A model generated the notes under the pieces. It did not search any database. It had not been told where the DNA came from and saw only the letters and a program-made list of their open reading frames with translations. From Chlorokybus atmophyticus (Eukaryota; Plantae; Mesostigma and Chlorokybus algae), in the NCBI GenBank assembly GCA_009103225.1, contig RHPI01002262.1, positions 412,317 to 476,316 of the forward strand: a stretch of 64,000 nucleotides of DNA. Direction: 5' to 3'. Positions 20,901 to 33,845 of this stretch are shown here, in pieces. Position 1 is the stretch's first letter. Each line of letters starts with the position of its first letter. Position numbers and translations under genes: made by a program.

Positions 20901-23900
20901 AACCGCTGCAACTTTGGCACCACCAAATCTGTACGTGGAGTTGAATACTAGATGAGAAGGACTTTTATATTCAAAACCATAGCGACACAACTGCGCACAA
21001 ACGCGCATGCGCACACAGGCCATACATACATACACCCGAGTGCAGATGTCGTTGAAAGTACACCAGCATACCTGCCAATGGTAGAAACCTACTGTTGCCG
21101 CTTTGCGAGTTCAATCGGCCAGCAAGCAGTCTCAACGCAGCCCGGGCTCTAGGCTTGTCGTCTGATCAGTTGGGCTCCTTAGTTCACGCGCATCACCAAT
21201 CAGAAACTGATCTGATGTCAACTCAAGACCGATGCAAATAGCAACAACTCACACACCTCTCGACAGGTGGTGCAACAGGACCCGAGGATGATACTCCGGC
21301 AAGGGCCCGCTAATACTGGCTGCAACTTGAGCAAGCTGCTGCTGCGAAGCCGCGCTATGTACAAAGTCATTATACACAAGAAGCTTTGACCCGCTTGCAG
21401 CGAGTAGGGTGGCGCTGCGCGACCACGCGAGAGTGTGCACGGGTTGCTGGCAGTGAACTTTGCTCAAGCAGCGCCAATTGGATCGAGAAGGGCAGAAGAT
21501 GGATACGCTTTCAATTGTAGACACTGCCAGCAGCTGTACACCTGTTGCGTGTGGTAAGTGTGATGTGTGCACGACAACATGTGTCAACACTACTGCAGGT
21601 ATCAAATTCTACAAAATGTTTACGCGCACGGACTTGCAAACAGACCTGATGCAGTTTGCAACCAGGCAGCTTCAAGAGCGGGTGACTGCAAGTCTAGAAC
21701 TGCCTCTTGGCAGAAGCTCCCACCCGCTGAGTATGCCTGTTCATCACGCATAAGAATTGATATTCAAGGGGCAGGAATATGCAACTGGGTATGCTGCCCA
21801 CCCACCTCACAAACCCTCGCGGTGGAACTGTGAGCCTCAGCAATAAACACTCGGCCGCCATCCGCCGTGGCTTTGACGAGAGCTTTATCATCACAAGACA
21901 GTTGGAACTCTGCGCCGCGTTGAAGATGCAAGCCATTTGTTGATTCAACCACCCACAGCTGCGCGTGGCCCTGACCCACACTTGTGGCAAACCCAACACA
22001 ACAGGGAGATGTTCCCAGTGATGGTTGTGAGAGGCTGTGGAGCGACACTCCTTCCAACTTGCATGCTGTGCTTCTGATCACTGTCAAGGCTGATCCCTTT
22101 TGTTGGACAAGCCACAACAAGCATGTTGTGCGGTCTTCGCTGATGGCGGAAAGGAGGACTTGTGCGCTGGGTCGGCTGAATGTGGACATGTGGACCACAC
22201 GTCCACTCGCTGCTTCCCAGCCAGCTGGCATAGACAGCTCTCCTGACTTGTGCATGACAGCATCCTTGGCATCATCCGCTTCTTCTCCGTTCTTGTGAGA
22301 CACGTCACTGCTGGAAGAGTACACCTCAATCGCACTTCTGGTCGCGCACAACAATGTGATTGTTGTGTTGATTGGGAGCCAAGCGATCGTTGTTGCCTTG
22401 CACGACAATGTTGTAATGTAGTGCAAAGACGGTGAGCCAAGAGCATGGTCCGGTGTCAACTGAGCAATCAGTCCTGAAGGCGCCTGATCATTTAAGCTCC
22501 ACAGCACACTTGTGCCGTTTTCATCCAGCGTGGCGACAAACGGCGTGTGCACGTTCGGTTGTATGCTCACGACCTTCGCAGCATGACCAGCGAGGTCCAA
22601 CGAGAAGTATTGTTTGAGATGAAGCTTCCCACCTCGCCCGACACCACTCACACCTAACGCGCCGTGCGTGGCTTCCGTGGCGCTGATGCTGCTTGGAGGC
22701 GGGAGACGCACCAGATTGCTCCTCAGCGTGTTATTGGGCAACAGCTCATGAAGCTCGAGCTTGGCTGGTGGCGTGCCCCCGCCCCCACGCGACGTGTACA
22801 CAACCACATGCAGAGCGGCGCGCTGCAGCACAGCAGTCTGTTTTGTTGGGCTTCTCGGTGAACTTAGCTTCATCGAGCCAACATCCCCATGCAGCAACAA
22901 GTCCGGCGCGCGAACCCACAATACCACTCGTGGGGCTTTCAACAACACGCTGTCGTCAAGCTCGTGTATGGCCCAAAGAAACAAACTTCCATCACGTCCA
23001 ACACCAGCAAGCCAATCACACTTTGTCATGGGCTCATCGAGTGGGACGCTGGGTCCATCCAGCTGTTCTATTTTGGGCCAGCCGACAGGGAAGCACGCGA
23101 CAGGCGGCTGTATGACAGCAAAGATGCGATAGACAGGTAGCTTTGATGAAGATGATGTTGATGATGAACGCTTGGTTTGGCCGTGTGAGGAAAAAGGTAC
23201 TCCCATCCACAAGCGCACTATGCCATCGGCGCTGTTTGTGAGAAGCGCCGGTGTCAATGCGGGTTCTGGCCTCCACTGCAATGCTGTCAGAGCAGCTGGA
23301 TGCTGCAACACAACAGCTGTCCTTGCTGCTGCTGCTGTTGTTGCTGTTGAAGTCCTCTCATCTTGTTTCACCCATATGAGTGCAGCGCAGCCACCTTTGG
23401 TCTCATTGGTTTGACACGCGCTTGCAGCGGGACTGTTGAGTGTTGTCCCAGCAGCAACAAGAGTGTGGTCTTGTTCAAAGCTTTCAGCTCCTCCTTCGCT
23501 TATCCACAAAGCGTGCCATCCACCAGCTTCAGTCCTTGCATAAACAGCAACCGAACTGCCGCAGACCAAGAGTGACCGAGAATCGCCCGACCATGAAAGC
23601 GCGCGAACAGCAAAGCTAACGTTGATAGTTGCCTCCTCCTCCCAAACCAGCGGGAGCGCTGCAAGCAATCAATCAGTTTTTTGCTTAGAAATTCTCCTCA
23701 CATGCAGTTGCCTTGAGGCAATCTGAGACATCTTGAGATGGACACACACACATGCAGGCACACACACGCACACGCACACGGGCGCAAAAACACGCAACGA
23801 TGCTTACAAGTGCCGGAAGCTCCTGCGGTGTTGCGAGCCGAATAGATGCAGACGCAGCTGCCGGCGGCCGCCGCAAGATGTCCACTCTGGTCTGGACACC

Positions 23901-24699
23901 ATGCTAGCGAACTTGGAGGAGATGAGGGGGAGGACTCTGTTGACACGGGCAGCACCTGCTGGTAAAAAGGCGTCCTTCCTGTGCCCACACCTGCCCCCAA
24001 TGTGCACAAAAGTAAGCAGCTGTGTTTACGCACACAACAACATTGGCGTAAAAATAACGAGTTGAACGCTCAATATCACCTTCCTTTCTCGCATTGTCAC
24101 CTCACTAAAGTTACCAGGTACACGAAATCACAAGTGCGCCACTACTCTGGCATATGCTGCAAGGTGTAGGCAACTAACAGAAATCTGCTCACATGCTAAC
24201 TGTGATTACATGCTGAACTAAGCAAACCAGCCATATGCTGACTGTACCAGCAACCAAGCAGCTGCATGTATTCCAAGATTCTGTTGTACTTCATAGCACA
24301 ATGCAAGGGTCGAGCATCAGTTGTGCGACATACGGCAAGCTTGAGCAACAATCAGCATCCGAATGAGGCTGTTATGTTTGCATTGCCTATACTCAGATTG
24401 TTACTTACAAGTGAGCTTAGCTAAATGTCTGTCGTCTCACCTGCAGCGGAGGCCTGGCTTGAGACTGGTGCAGGTGGCACGGCCAGGACGACGGCTGAGC
24501 CGGCGGGGGAGGCGTAAGCCAGCCAGTCGCAGCCTGCCAGGCCATGCAGCCAGTCGGAGGCGGCGGCGGCATGGCCTGGCGCCTGGCCGCCGCCTCCTTC
24601 AAGCTTGCTGCTGCTGCTGGCAGCATATGCAGCAGGCGGCCCTGGCACTACCTGCTGCACTTTCAGCTCTCCTACAGCTTCTCCACTGCTGGCGATCAT
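14947..24699 (-). CDS. DMXL: DMXL/Rav1 (rabconnectin-3 alpha, RAVE V-ATPase assembly) WD40 protein; 20 exons, about 2190 aa
   Basis: Hand-built phase-consistent exons: 24699-24441, 23990-23808, 23658-21806, 21736-21646, 21541-21257, 21161-21072, 20928-20451, 20153-19869, 19502-18740, 18655-18339, 18200-17828, 17564-16941, 16870-16778, 16700-16593, 16332-16176, 16111-15971, 15889-15794, 15717-15626, 15499-15362, 15093-14947 (6573 nt). Rav1p_C hallmarks: LPEYHP, FAWALHSETQE, LGVPFWV, KDPHDCALLYLAL, FLARDF...AALKNAYVLLGQHRHELAAAFFLIG. C-terminal WD40s: SHPVRPLYLSGS, LCVWDT, LLSCGGDG. Confidence 0.9.
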
Positions 24700-26449
24700 C
24701 CTGCGCCCCAGGCCATGACGGCAAAGCATACAGTTCGCCTGTGCAGCGACATGTGTATGCATGTGCAATTAAATCTTTATAAGCAGGGATTGAATGGAGC
24801 GATTCGCTCGCTCATCATACCAGAGAACGCTTCTGAGACTGGAGCAGTGCATGACAGCTGAAGACTCTCTCGCCCAGCCCCTCACAATGGAGGCCAATGA
24901 AAGGCAAGCCACACGGCAAGAAACATGTGGGGTGTTTAACAATGTATAAGTCCATATTTTGAAAGGTGTATGGATCTGATCAAGCGACACTATCATGTGT
25001 GTGCGGTTGAACAAGGGTACAAGACTTGAATCGTTGCATGCGTGTTGCAATTTTAATCAAACTTGTATGAGCATTTGAAAGTGCAATGAAACCCTCTGAA
25101 AAGCGTATAATGCATGGTGCAAACCGGATGTGTCAGGTTTCTTCGCATGTTTTGTTGTGCTCAATAATCACTTCAGCAATGAAGTGACTTTGTACGTAAG
25201 CTACCAACTTGACTTCATGAATAGCGGGTATCATATGCCCGCATATCTTGAGCAAGCTGTAAACGTTTGCAATCATAACACTAAAATAACACCAATTGTT
25301 TCATGATTTTACATGCATGTATTAGAAATGGTCAGAGTTTGCGTTGCATTGTTATAAAATGACGGGTTTTCATTGAGTCACATTAGCAAAAGGCGCCGAT
25401 GGTTGATGATTTCATGTGGATTTATGCTACAATGGTACCAAGTTCGATCATGAGGTCGCGAGTTGAATTTTTATTGCACATATACATGCTTCATATGTAT
25501 GGCTCCAAGCAAAATGTAAAAGGCCGCATGAAGAAAGTAGTGTTCAACACGATTATCTATAAGTCACACAAATTCCCACAGCAGCATGACCCGCAATGCG
25601 TCAACACGAGTAATATTCTTATTTATAACATGCTATATCACGCACTCAAAAAGTTAAAAACTTAACCACGGTCAACATGTGTTAATAACCACATGTTTGT
25701 GCCTATTTGCGCAACAAAGCACCATCATGTTTATGGTGTTGCTCGAGTTATACCATTGCAGCACATTGCTCAGTCGCAATTTGTATCACCAAAAATACTT
25801 TCAGACTGATCACTTCCTTTGATATCCCAATCAGCTTAACAAGTAAGTCCCCATGTATGCACACATTTACAATTGCTCTTCTATGAGGGTGTGATTCTTT
25901 TAAGTCTACGAGCGCCTATTATACCACGTTACTTGAAATTCATTTCCCTGAATTTAATATGACATAACAGCTAGTACAAAAAGTACTCTAGCTACCACTT
26001 AGCCCCGTGTTAAGCATACAAAAATAATTGTGTATATTGTCGGGTCATATGTGTTGTTGTTTGCAATGTAGCCCAACTTGTGCTACAAAAGGGCTTTTGA
26101 GAGGTATTGTAAATTTTGGTGTTACAAGTTACAGCAAGACATGAATGCTCTAGAGTATATCTTCTCACATACAGTTTGATCTTATCATGAGTAGTAAGTA
26201 TACAAAACAACTCACATGCGCGCTCGTAAGCTTAGATTATCTATCAAGTAGTGCATATGCATACTTGCTTGATGTGTCACAATTAGTGATAAACATATAT
26301 GCGTTGACAGCAAACCAAACATTAGTCATCACAATGGAGCAACATATTCTTCGATTGCTGAATTTCTCTTTAAGATCGGATTAAAAAGGGACTCGGACTC
26401 CCCGCCCTCCTATATGTTGTCGTTGCAAAGGGGGGGGGGGGGGGGGGGG

Positions 26450-27336
26450 NNNNNNNNNNNNNNNNNNNNNNNNNNNNNNNNNNNNNNNNNNNNNNNNNNN
26501 NNNNNNNNNNNNNNNNNNNNNNNNNNNNNNNNNNNNNNNNNNNNNNNNNNNNNNNNNNNNNNNNNNNNNNNNNNNNNNNNNNNNNNNNNNNNNNNNNNNN
26601 NNNNNNNNNNNNNNNNNNNNNNNNNNNNNNNNNNNNNNNNNNNNNNNNNNNNNNNNNNNNNNNNNNNNNNNNNNNNNNNNNNNNNNNNNNNNNNNNNNNN
26701 NNNNNNNNNNNNNNNNNNNNNNNNNNNNNNNNNNNNNNNNNNNNNNNNNNNNNNNNNNNNNNNNNNNNNNNNNNNNNNNNNNNNNNNNNNNNNNNNNNNN
26801 NNNNNNNNNNNNNNNNNNNNNNNNNNNNNNNNNNNNNNNNNNNNNNNNNNNNNNNNNNNNNNNNNNNNNNNNNNNNNNNNNNNNNNNNNNNNNNNNNNNN
26901 NNNNNNNNNNNNNNNNNNNNNNNNNNNNNNNNNNNNNNNNNNNNNNNNNNNNNNNNNNNNNNNNNNNNNNNNNNNNNNNNNNNNNNNNNNNNNNNNNNNN
27001 NNNNNNNNNNNNNNNNNNNNNNNNNNNNNNNNNNNNNNNNNNNNNNNNNNNNNNNNNNNNNNNNNNNNNNNNNNNNNNNNNNNNNNNNNNNNNNNNNNNN
27101 NNNNNNNNNNNNNNNNNNNNNNNNNNNNNNNNNNNNNNNNNNNNNNNNNNNNNNNNNNNNNNNNNNNNNNNNNNNNNNNNNNNNNNNNNNNNNNNNNNNN
27201 NNNNNNNNNNNNNNNNNNNNNNNNNNNNNNNNNNNNNNNNNNNNNNNNNNNNNNNNNNNNNNNNNNNNNNNNNNNNNNNNNNNNNNNNNNNNNNNNNNNN
27301 NNNNNNNNNNNNNNNNNNNNNNNNNNNNNNNNNNNC
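26450..27336. other. Assembly gap (887 N) preceded by a poly-G run
   Basis: Run of n characters. Confidence 0.99.
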
Positions 27337-27656
27337 GTTATTTTGTGTCATTACCTTGGGGGGGGGCATGCTTGTAGGCCCTACATGCCAAGCAAATGCA
27401 AAGGGGCGGGTGCAGGGGTTGATGTGAAAACACCGGGAATAAAAAGATACGCGAAAAAATAAAAATTCATGTCAAACGGCCTGAATGCTTATTGACGTTG
27501 GCCGAAATTTGTTGATTCACGTGCTGTATGCATGAAATTCAACAACCAAGCGTGCAGTCTGTCTTATTCCTGCCGAAACGAATATACAACATTCACCCAC
27601 CCGCATACCAAATGTTTATTGCCGTTAGCGCGTGCAGTTAACACATGCACATTCAT

Positions 27657-27711
27657 GGCATAAAGTGCACATTCACGGCATACCATATGCCGTGAATGTG
27701 CACTTTATGCC
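27657..27711. repeat. Perfect hairpin, 26-bp arms, 3-nt loop
   Basis: GGCATAAAGTGCACATTCACGGCATA-CCA-TATGCCGTGAATGTGCACTTTATGCC. Confidence 0.95.
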
Positions 27712-28207
27712 GTAAATGCTTAGATCATTGATAAACAACAGGATGCATGCCACATGATGACCTTGAACGGCCGAAGATGTTTGACGAGTGCCTATGAATA
27801 ATCAAGGGCAACATTGCCGTTAATGCAGATTGCCCGTACCAGGCCAGTTACTGGCCTGAGTAATTGGGCCTGGTCTGGTGGCAAGCCGGGCGCAGCCAGG
27901 CCGGGCGCACCAGGCCAACTGGCCTGGTCGTGTCAACCTGGTGGCGTGTAGGTGTCACGGCAATGTGGCCTTGCCACGCAAAGTAGACCACGTCAGCCTG
28001 CTTGGCCTGCCTGGCCAGACCGCTGCACCAGCGGCTGCTCTGGCGGCGCTTGGCTTGGCCTCTTGCAGGTCTATGCTCGAGCCGACCACTTTGCGGGCGG
28101 AGAGAAAAACTTGTCTCCGTTCACGGCACGAGGCTGAGGGTGAGGGCGTGAGAGGACGAGGGGGGAAGTGGGAGAGCGAGCTCGCTGGAGGCAGGGTGGT
28201 GCTGCGC

Positions 28208-28236
28208 AGCTCTCTCTCTCTCTCTTTCTCTCTCTC
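28208..28236. repeat. (CT)n microsatellite
   Basis: ctctctctctctctctttctctctctcc. Confidence 0.85.
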
Positions 28237-30661
28237 CACTAAACCAGTACTCCCTCATCACTCTTTTCAGTGTGTGAGATGCTCTCACAAAGACAGCCAC
28301 ACACTGTCATCATAGCATTTTGTACACACACATTGGCACACGTATGCTGTGTACGCACGTGCTACAACCTCTGTACGCACGTGCACACGCATGCATGCAT
28401 TGTCCTTGCTGACTGCTTGTGGTCATGCTGAGGGCACGACGCATCATTGTTGGGTCCGTTTGCCTTGCTGCGCTTGCATCAACTGCTGGTTGTTGCTATT
28501 GCCCATTGGCCTAGAGCTACCTTGGCTCTGTGCATTTGATTGCTGCTGCCTTTGTCGCTACTTACTACTGCATGCGCCCTAGCACTAGTTTGGCTGCTTA
28601 CGTGCTCACTACTACTGATGTGTGGCACTGCACTGCATAGCATAGAGAGTCACCTCATTGTTTTTGCATGGGCTGCTTGCTAGCTGGCCTTCTAGTGTTA
28701 AGTGCATGCTATGCTTGCATGCACGCGTACACAAGCACACGCATGCATGCATGCATGCATGCACACGTACACAAGCACACGCATGCATGCATCACATCAT
28801 GTGTATTCATCTATATCACCATAACCTAAACTACTTTAACTATGCACTCTCACTATAACGCCGTCTCGCTAGCTCATCCGCTCGCCCTTGTTAGGCCGCC
28901 CCCGCAGCGCCCAGAGGCCTTTACGGTTGGCCAAGTGCCGCCGCTCCACCCCCACTACCGCCATCTTTGCCTTCGCAGCCGCCTCCACCACTCCCATTAC
29001 ACCACACACACACCGCCGCCACCGACGACGACGACCCCACCGCCAGCAAAGCGATGATGGCGGAAGTGGTAGGGTTTTGTCGCCAAAGGCCCCGAAGGCA
29101 GTAACAGTAGCGTTGATAAGTTACATATTGCACTACAACGCTGCTATTGTGTCTGCGTAGTCTAGGTGTTAAGTAAGTGTCTGCCATGCTGAAGGTCTTG
29201 TGTTCAATTCCTGCCTACTCCATCTGGCTGCCAGAACTGCCATGTTGACGTTGCCATGAACTCCGGGCTGTGAACATCGCACTATCAAATTTCGTTCATT
29301 TTCGCGCGTGAACATTCATGCTCCACGTTGCGTGCGAATGGTCAATAATTCAGAGTGACCATGGTTCACAGCCAAACCAAGTTAATGTTCTACAGCACAC
29401 TTCATTGCCAAAGGACGTGAATGTTCACGTGATCCGGTGAAGTCGTTAGCAGCCCTATAATTTCAAAAGCAATGCACATTCATTAGCAAATGACGTAACT
29501 TTACACAAACAATTCGGGTTAATGTATAGTAAGGGGGGTCTTCAAAAGACCGGTGAAAACTGTGCTTTATAACGCTTCAAGCTGTTGACAACACATTGCA
29601 TTCAACATGTAAAAGGGCAAGCATTGTATTATATAGACACATGCACGGTTCGTGCAATGCACGAATAGTTGATCGTTTTGTTGTACGCAGTACTGCGGGC
29701 TAGTAGAAAGATCCCTAGTATGCTTGCGAACAACATACTCTACGCGGTTACGCGTGTCATGTATAGCATATATTGACTTGCATATGTTTCGACTTGAAGA
29801 CACAGTTGGCGCAAGGCTTTGTCTTCTTGAATTCGTGATTTAAAAAAAAGTTGTCCAAGAGTGCCCTCCGCGCATGGGTTGGATGAAGTTGTTAATGGAA
29901 AAGCATATCCAACTGGTGTTGTCGTGACATCTACCGATATGTCCCTGAGTTGACTGTAATCATTGCTTTTGGCACAAGCATCGTGCAAACCAAGGCAGGC
30001 CTCGCTATGCTAACAACACTGCAGTGATGCATGCTTGTATGTGCCATACAAGTAGAGGCGTCCTAGGGGCCCTATGCCTGGTTGGTTGCAAACTGCAGGC
30101 GACTGTTACGGATAGGTTGATGACGCTACAACAGGTTGGCGCCGTCATCGTCTCAAACCTCACCGAGTACCTCTCTGCAGCGTGTTCAATATTGTCACGA
30201 CACCAAGCGTGAGGCACCCAAGCTTTGTAGCAACTACTTGATGACAGAAGCACACAGCATTACACGTACAACAGCACGCACATGCACGCACCCACACATG
30301 TCACACATGGAGCAGTTGTGACGCATGTGCGCGCCCCGTAGAGAGTGGTCGGGGGGATACATGCACACGCATATGTACAAGCACAAAATAAATCATGCCT
30401 GTGCCCGCAAACCTTGTAAGTAGTTGGTTACAAGCACTAGGTAAGTTGGAGTTGCCCTCCAGGTATGTGATGGTAGCCACAAGCTGCACAGCCGCAGGCA
30501 TCCAATATGAACTGATTGACTTGGGGATCAGCTTATCTCTGTCCATCTACACTAATGTACAAAATGCAAGAGCCAAACTACCACGGACTTCAGTGCTACC
30601 TGCACTGGGTATCAGATACAATAGCTTTCCTAACTGCACCTGGCAATTGTTCGCCAAATAC

Positions 30662-32485
30662 TCAACTGGCTGGCGTTGACAACTTTGAGGGCTTGTTGTA
30701 AATTACCACGCTTGCGGCTACAACAAGCAGCGAAGTAATAGCAATGCCCAATGCTGCATGCGCATGGTGAACATTGTCGACTACAATGTAGAAGCCAATA
30801 ACACTGGCAATGAAGGCACAGACGATGGCCAGCACCAGTAGCAGCACTGTGCAAAGAAGTACACCAGCTACGCCACTGTGGTTGCACTTGTAAGCAGCCC
30901 TGTAGGACGTCCTCAGCACAACTCTGAATGCCCACGCTTGCTGGCCAAAAAGCATGAACAGTGAGGCTAAGGAGGCAAAGAGCGCCCCTGCATTGAATAA
31001 CACGAATGTGGCAACCACTCCACCACCTGTTGCTGCTCCATGTGTAGGCAGCTGCGCCTCCCAAGCACCCGGAGGAGACGTAATTACTGTGTATGAGACT
31101 GCAGCGATCAAAGCGGCCACAATGCCACTTACGTTCACAATGGCAGAGTTGGTCTGTTCAGCCCGAGCAAGTTCTTTCTTGGCTCTCACATCCATCAAAG
31201 CATCTTGGACGCTCCCATCCAGCTTCTCAACCAAGTTGAGGCCCTGTGCGACTTTGTATGGTGTTCTCATGTCACTGTCAAGCTGCTCAATGTCCTCCGC
31301 AGAAACAATAGGCAGCAGCAACGTTATCAAGTTCTGCTGCTTAGTTGCTACCACTTTATGCAGCACGTTGGCGTTTCTGTCACCCCACACCTTCTCCAAC
31401 GCCTTGTCCGTTGTCAGCGAGAAAGAGACTTTGAAAATTGACGGAGGGCTCAAGAGCAGGTCCAGAAATCTCATAGCCCTGAGCTTGACCGCTGTCTCAA
31501 CAATGAACGCGATGTCCCCTGTACTCACTTCTGGTTTATCTGCCTTGAGCCGGCACTCCCTTTGGTGCTGAAGGTGTTCAACAACTATTTGCGTAATCAG
31601 TTCCACGTTGTTGTTGTGTCGCCGCCCGCGCTTGACTGAAGTAACAGCCCAGTCGAACATCGCATCATTGAACTCGCCACGATCCAAGCAATTAGACCTG
31701 CAACCTGAGTGTTCATGGCACTGTGCAACGAGGTTCAGCAACTTGCCGACACAATTGATGTGCTTCCGGATGATGTTGGTGTCGGCAGTGGCAGAGGTAG
31801 CAGAAGGGGTGGCTTGCATTGCGCATTGTATAGCTGAGAAGCCACCACTACTACTTATTCCCTCCAAACGCCGCAGGATGTGATTGGGGCTTTTAGCTAG
31901 TTGGAAGGCCCTTGGCAATAGAATTTCCAACACTCGATCATGTCCTCGCTCTGCAGCAAGCCACCAAGGGGCACGGTGATTGGTATCATAGGCGTCTGCA
32001 AGGACGTCTCTTTCTGGCGGAGCAGTAGGTGTAGCAATTCCTTCAGCCTGGAGGAGCTGAAGCAGTTCTTTCACAACTTCTTCCTTTCCAATGTAAGCAG
32101 CATGGTGCAGCGGGGTCCACTTCTTGGTGCCTCCTACGGACCAAAGCAGGGGTCGTCGCAGCTCTTCATCTGCGAGCAGCTCCCGGAGCTGCTGGCAGAT
32201 AGTAGTCTTGGCCTGTTCACTATCAGCTTGACTAGCCTCCTCAAGTGCCCGAAACAGTTGACCAACTTTGGCTTGGAAACACGGAGAGCATACGGAAGCT
32301 GGTACTTTCACATTCTGCGTGAAAAACAGAACAAGCAGCTGTGCTGACTCCTCTGCAGCTCGCTGCTGAATCTCAGCATTACATATCCTGCAATTTGACA
32401 TGGGCAATGTCGCCGGCAAGGGTGTGGTCAAAAGTTTTGCGTCCCCAATTGCAGCTTCTATTGCAGCGGGCGCTGGCGCTGTCAC
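30662..32485 (-). CDS. Ankyrin-repeat plus PGG-domain transmembrane protein (ACD6/ITN1-like architecture); 5' exons may lie upstream (about 33.0-33.5 kb)
   Basis: 607-codon ORF. Ankyrin motifs WTPLHHAAYIGKEEVVKELL, APWWLAAERGHDRVLEILL, NVLHKVV, RTPYKVA. PGG-domain-like VAALIAAVSY...SPPGAW...FVLFNAGALFASL followed by hydrophobic TM helices. The ORF call begins at GTG; the first in-frame ATG is at 32401. Confidence 0.85.
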   Translation of the reverse strand: MTAPAPAAIEAAIGDAKLLTTPLPATLPMSNCRICNAEIQQRAAEESAQLLVLFFTQNVKVPASVCSPCFQAKVGQLFRALEEASQADSEQAKTTICQQLRELLADEELRRPLLWSVGGTKKWTPLHHAAYIGKEEVVKELLQLLQAEGIATPTAPPERDVLADAYDTNHRAPWWLAAERGHDRVLEILLPRAFQLAKSPNHILRRLEGISSSGGFSAIQCAMQATPSATSATADTNIIRKHINCVGKLLNLVAQCHEHSGCRSNCLDRGEFNDAMFDWAVTSVKRGRRHNNNVELITQIVVEHLQHQRECRLKADKPEVSTGDIAFIVETAVKLRAMRFLDLLLSPPSIFKVSFSLTTDKALEKVWGDRNANVLHKVVATKQQNLITLLLPIVSAEDIEQLDSDMRTPYKVAQGLNLVEKLDGSVQDALMDVRAKKELARAEQTNSAIVNVSGIVAALIAAVSYTVITSPPGAWEAQLPTHGAATGGGVVATFVLFNAGALFASLASLFMLFGQQAWAFRVVLRTSYRAAYKCNHSGVAGVLLCTVLLLVLAIVCAFIASVIGFYIVVDNVHHAHAALGIAITSLLVVAASVVIYNKPSKLSTPAS

Positions 32486-33724
32486 GGCTTTGCCTTCGAA
32501 TTGCGCAGCAGTCAGCTACCAACGCAGAGTAGAGTGGACAAGGCGCAGCCTGCCAAGCACATTTGCTGTGTTAACGAAGGGACTGCAAATGAATGGCTGT
32601 TGTCAAGACCGTCGTCTGTTACATTGAATGCTGCTTCTAACTAACTGCTGAAACAGCAGCTAGTGCCAACGCACACAAGCACTGCGTGGCTACACTGCCT
32701 GGGTACACTGCCAATCTCAGAACTATCAAGTACCACGTTGCGGTTGAATATCTCAAACATCAACCAAGTTAGCAAGCAGCTGGTTCGTTCGTCTACCTAC
32801 ACGCAGTTGAGTGCTTCCTCTGCCAGACTGCTGACAGGGCAAGCGCTTAGCGGCAATCAAGGCTTGAGTTTGCTCTGCTTGTGTCAAGTGCTACTCGCTG
32901 AAGTGATCGACCATACAGCATGCAGACACTGTGTCGCTAGCTAGCGTGTGTGTTGCCATTATCACAAGCCAATATGCACATTTTTACCTGGCACTGCGGC
33001 AGCTCCAACTGTTGCGCCCACTCCGTGAAGCAGGCTGCCTCAACTCCTAAGCTCCTCCCTTTGGTGGCTCTGAAGGGCTCTTAACTTGCGGTACCCAAAT
33101 ACGATGTACTGGACAAGCACTCAGCATGTCAGTGCAAGTTTCAACAATGCCAGCAGCAGAATGACAAGCTTGCAATCAGCAGACAATACCAGCAGTCGGT
33201 GGCTTCACCTCAGCTAGACTATCAACTTCAAGCAGCTGTTGCAGCTGTGCTTTGGGGTTCGGCTGTCGCCACAAGCAGCTCAAGCAGCGCAGTGAAAATT
33301 GCACTGAGAAGCGGCGCAGATCAAGGCTCCACTCCCTATCAACGCCATCATGCATGGCCAGGTGAGCTGCAGCATCAATCGGGGGGGGGGTCAGTGGCAA
33401 TGAATGAATGTTTTCTACAGGCACACTTTGCCGCCGGACAAAGCTCGTCTTGGCCGATCGCTTCATCATGTCATGCGACAGGCAACCCCTATACGATCGA
33501 TGCAGTCTTCAACAATGACCGGCAACGCAAGGAACCAATTACACGTTCAGCGTTATTTTGTGTCATTACCTTAGGTGGACTGGCCTAATAATGCTACAGC
33601 CTTGGCAAATTCCTATTGTTACTCGCATCCTAGTCGACACTGCTGACAGGTGCTGATTCAGCATAGCGTAGTAAACGCCGCGCTTACACGTGTCGCTAAG
33701 CCACCGGCTTGTTCAACGAGCGGT

Positions 33725-33845
33725 GCGGCTGATTGGGCGGGGCGGCCGGCATTAGGGCACACGCAAACCTCACCCGGAGGGCATTACATGCGGCACCCGC
33801 GACTGCCGGGCTGCGCGGCCCGCATGCCGCTCATTGGCTAGGCGG
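33725..33845. promoter_or_regulatory. GC-rich promoter-like segment with CCAAT and GC boxes
   Basis: GATTGG-GCGGGGCGG near 33730 and CATTGG near 33833, upstream of ANK-PGG and between the divergent genes. Confidence 0.4.

Noticed and set aside
26410-27427. 319-aa and 337-aa ORFs
   Set aside because: Artefacts of translating the N gap.
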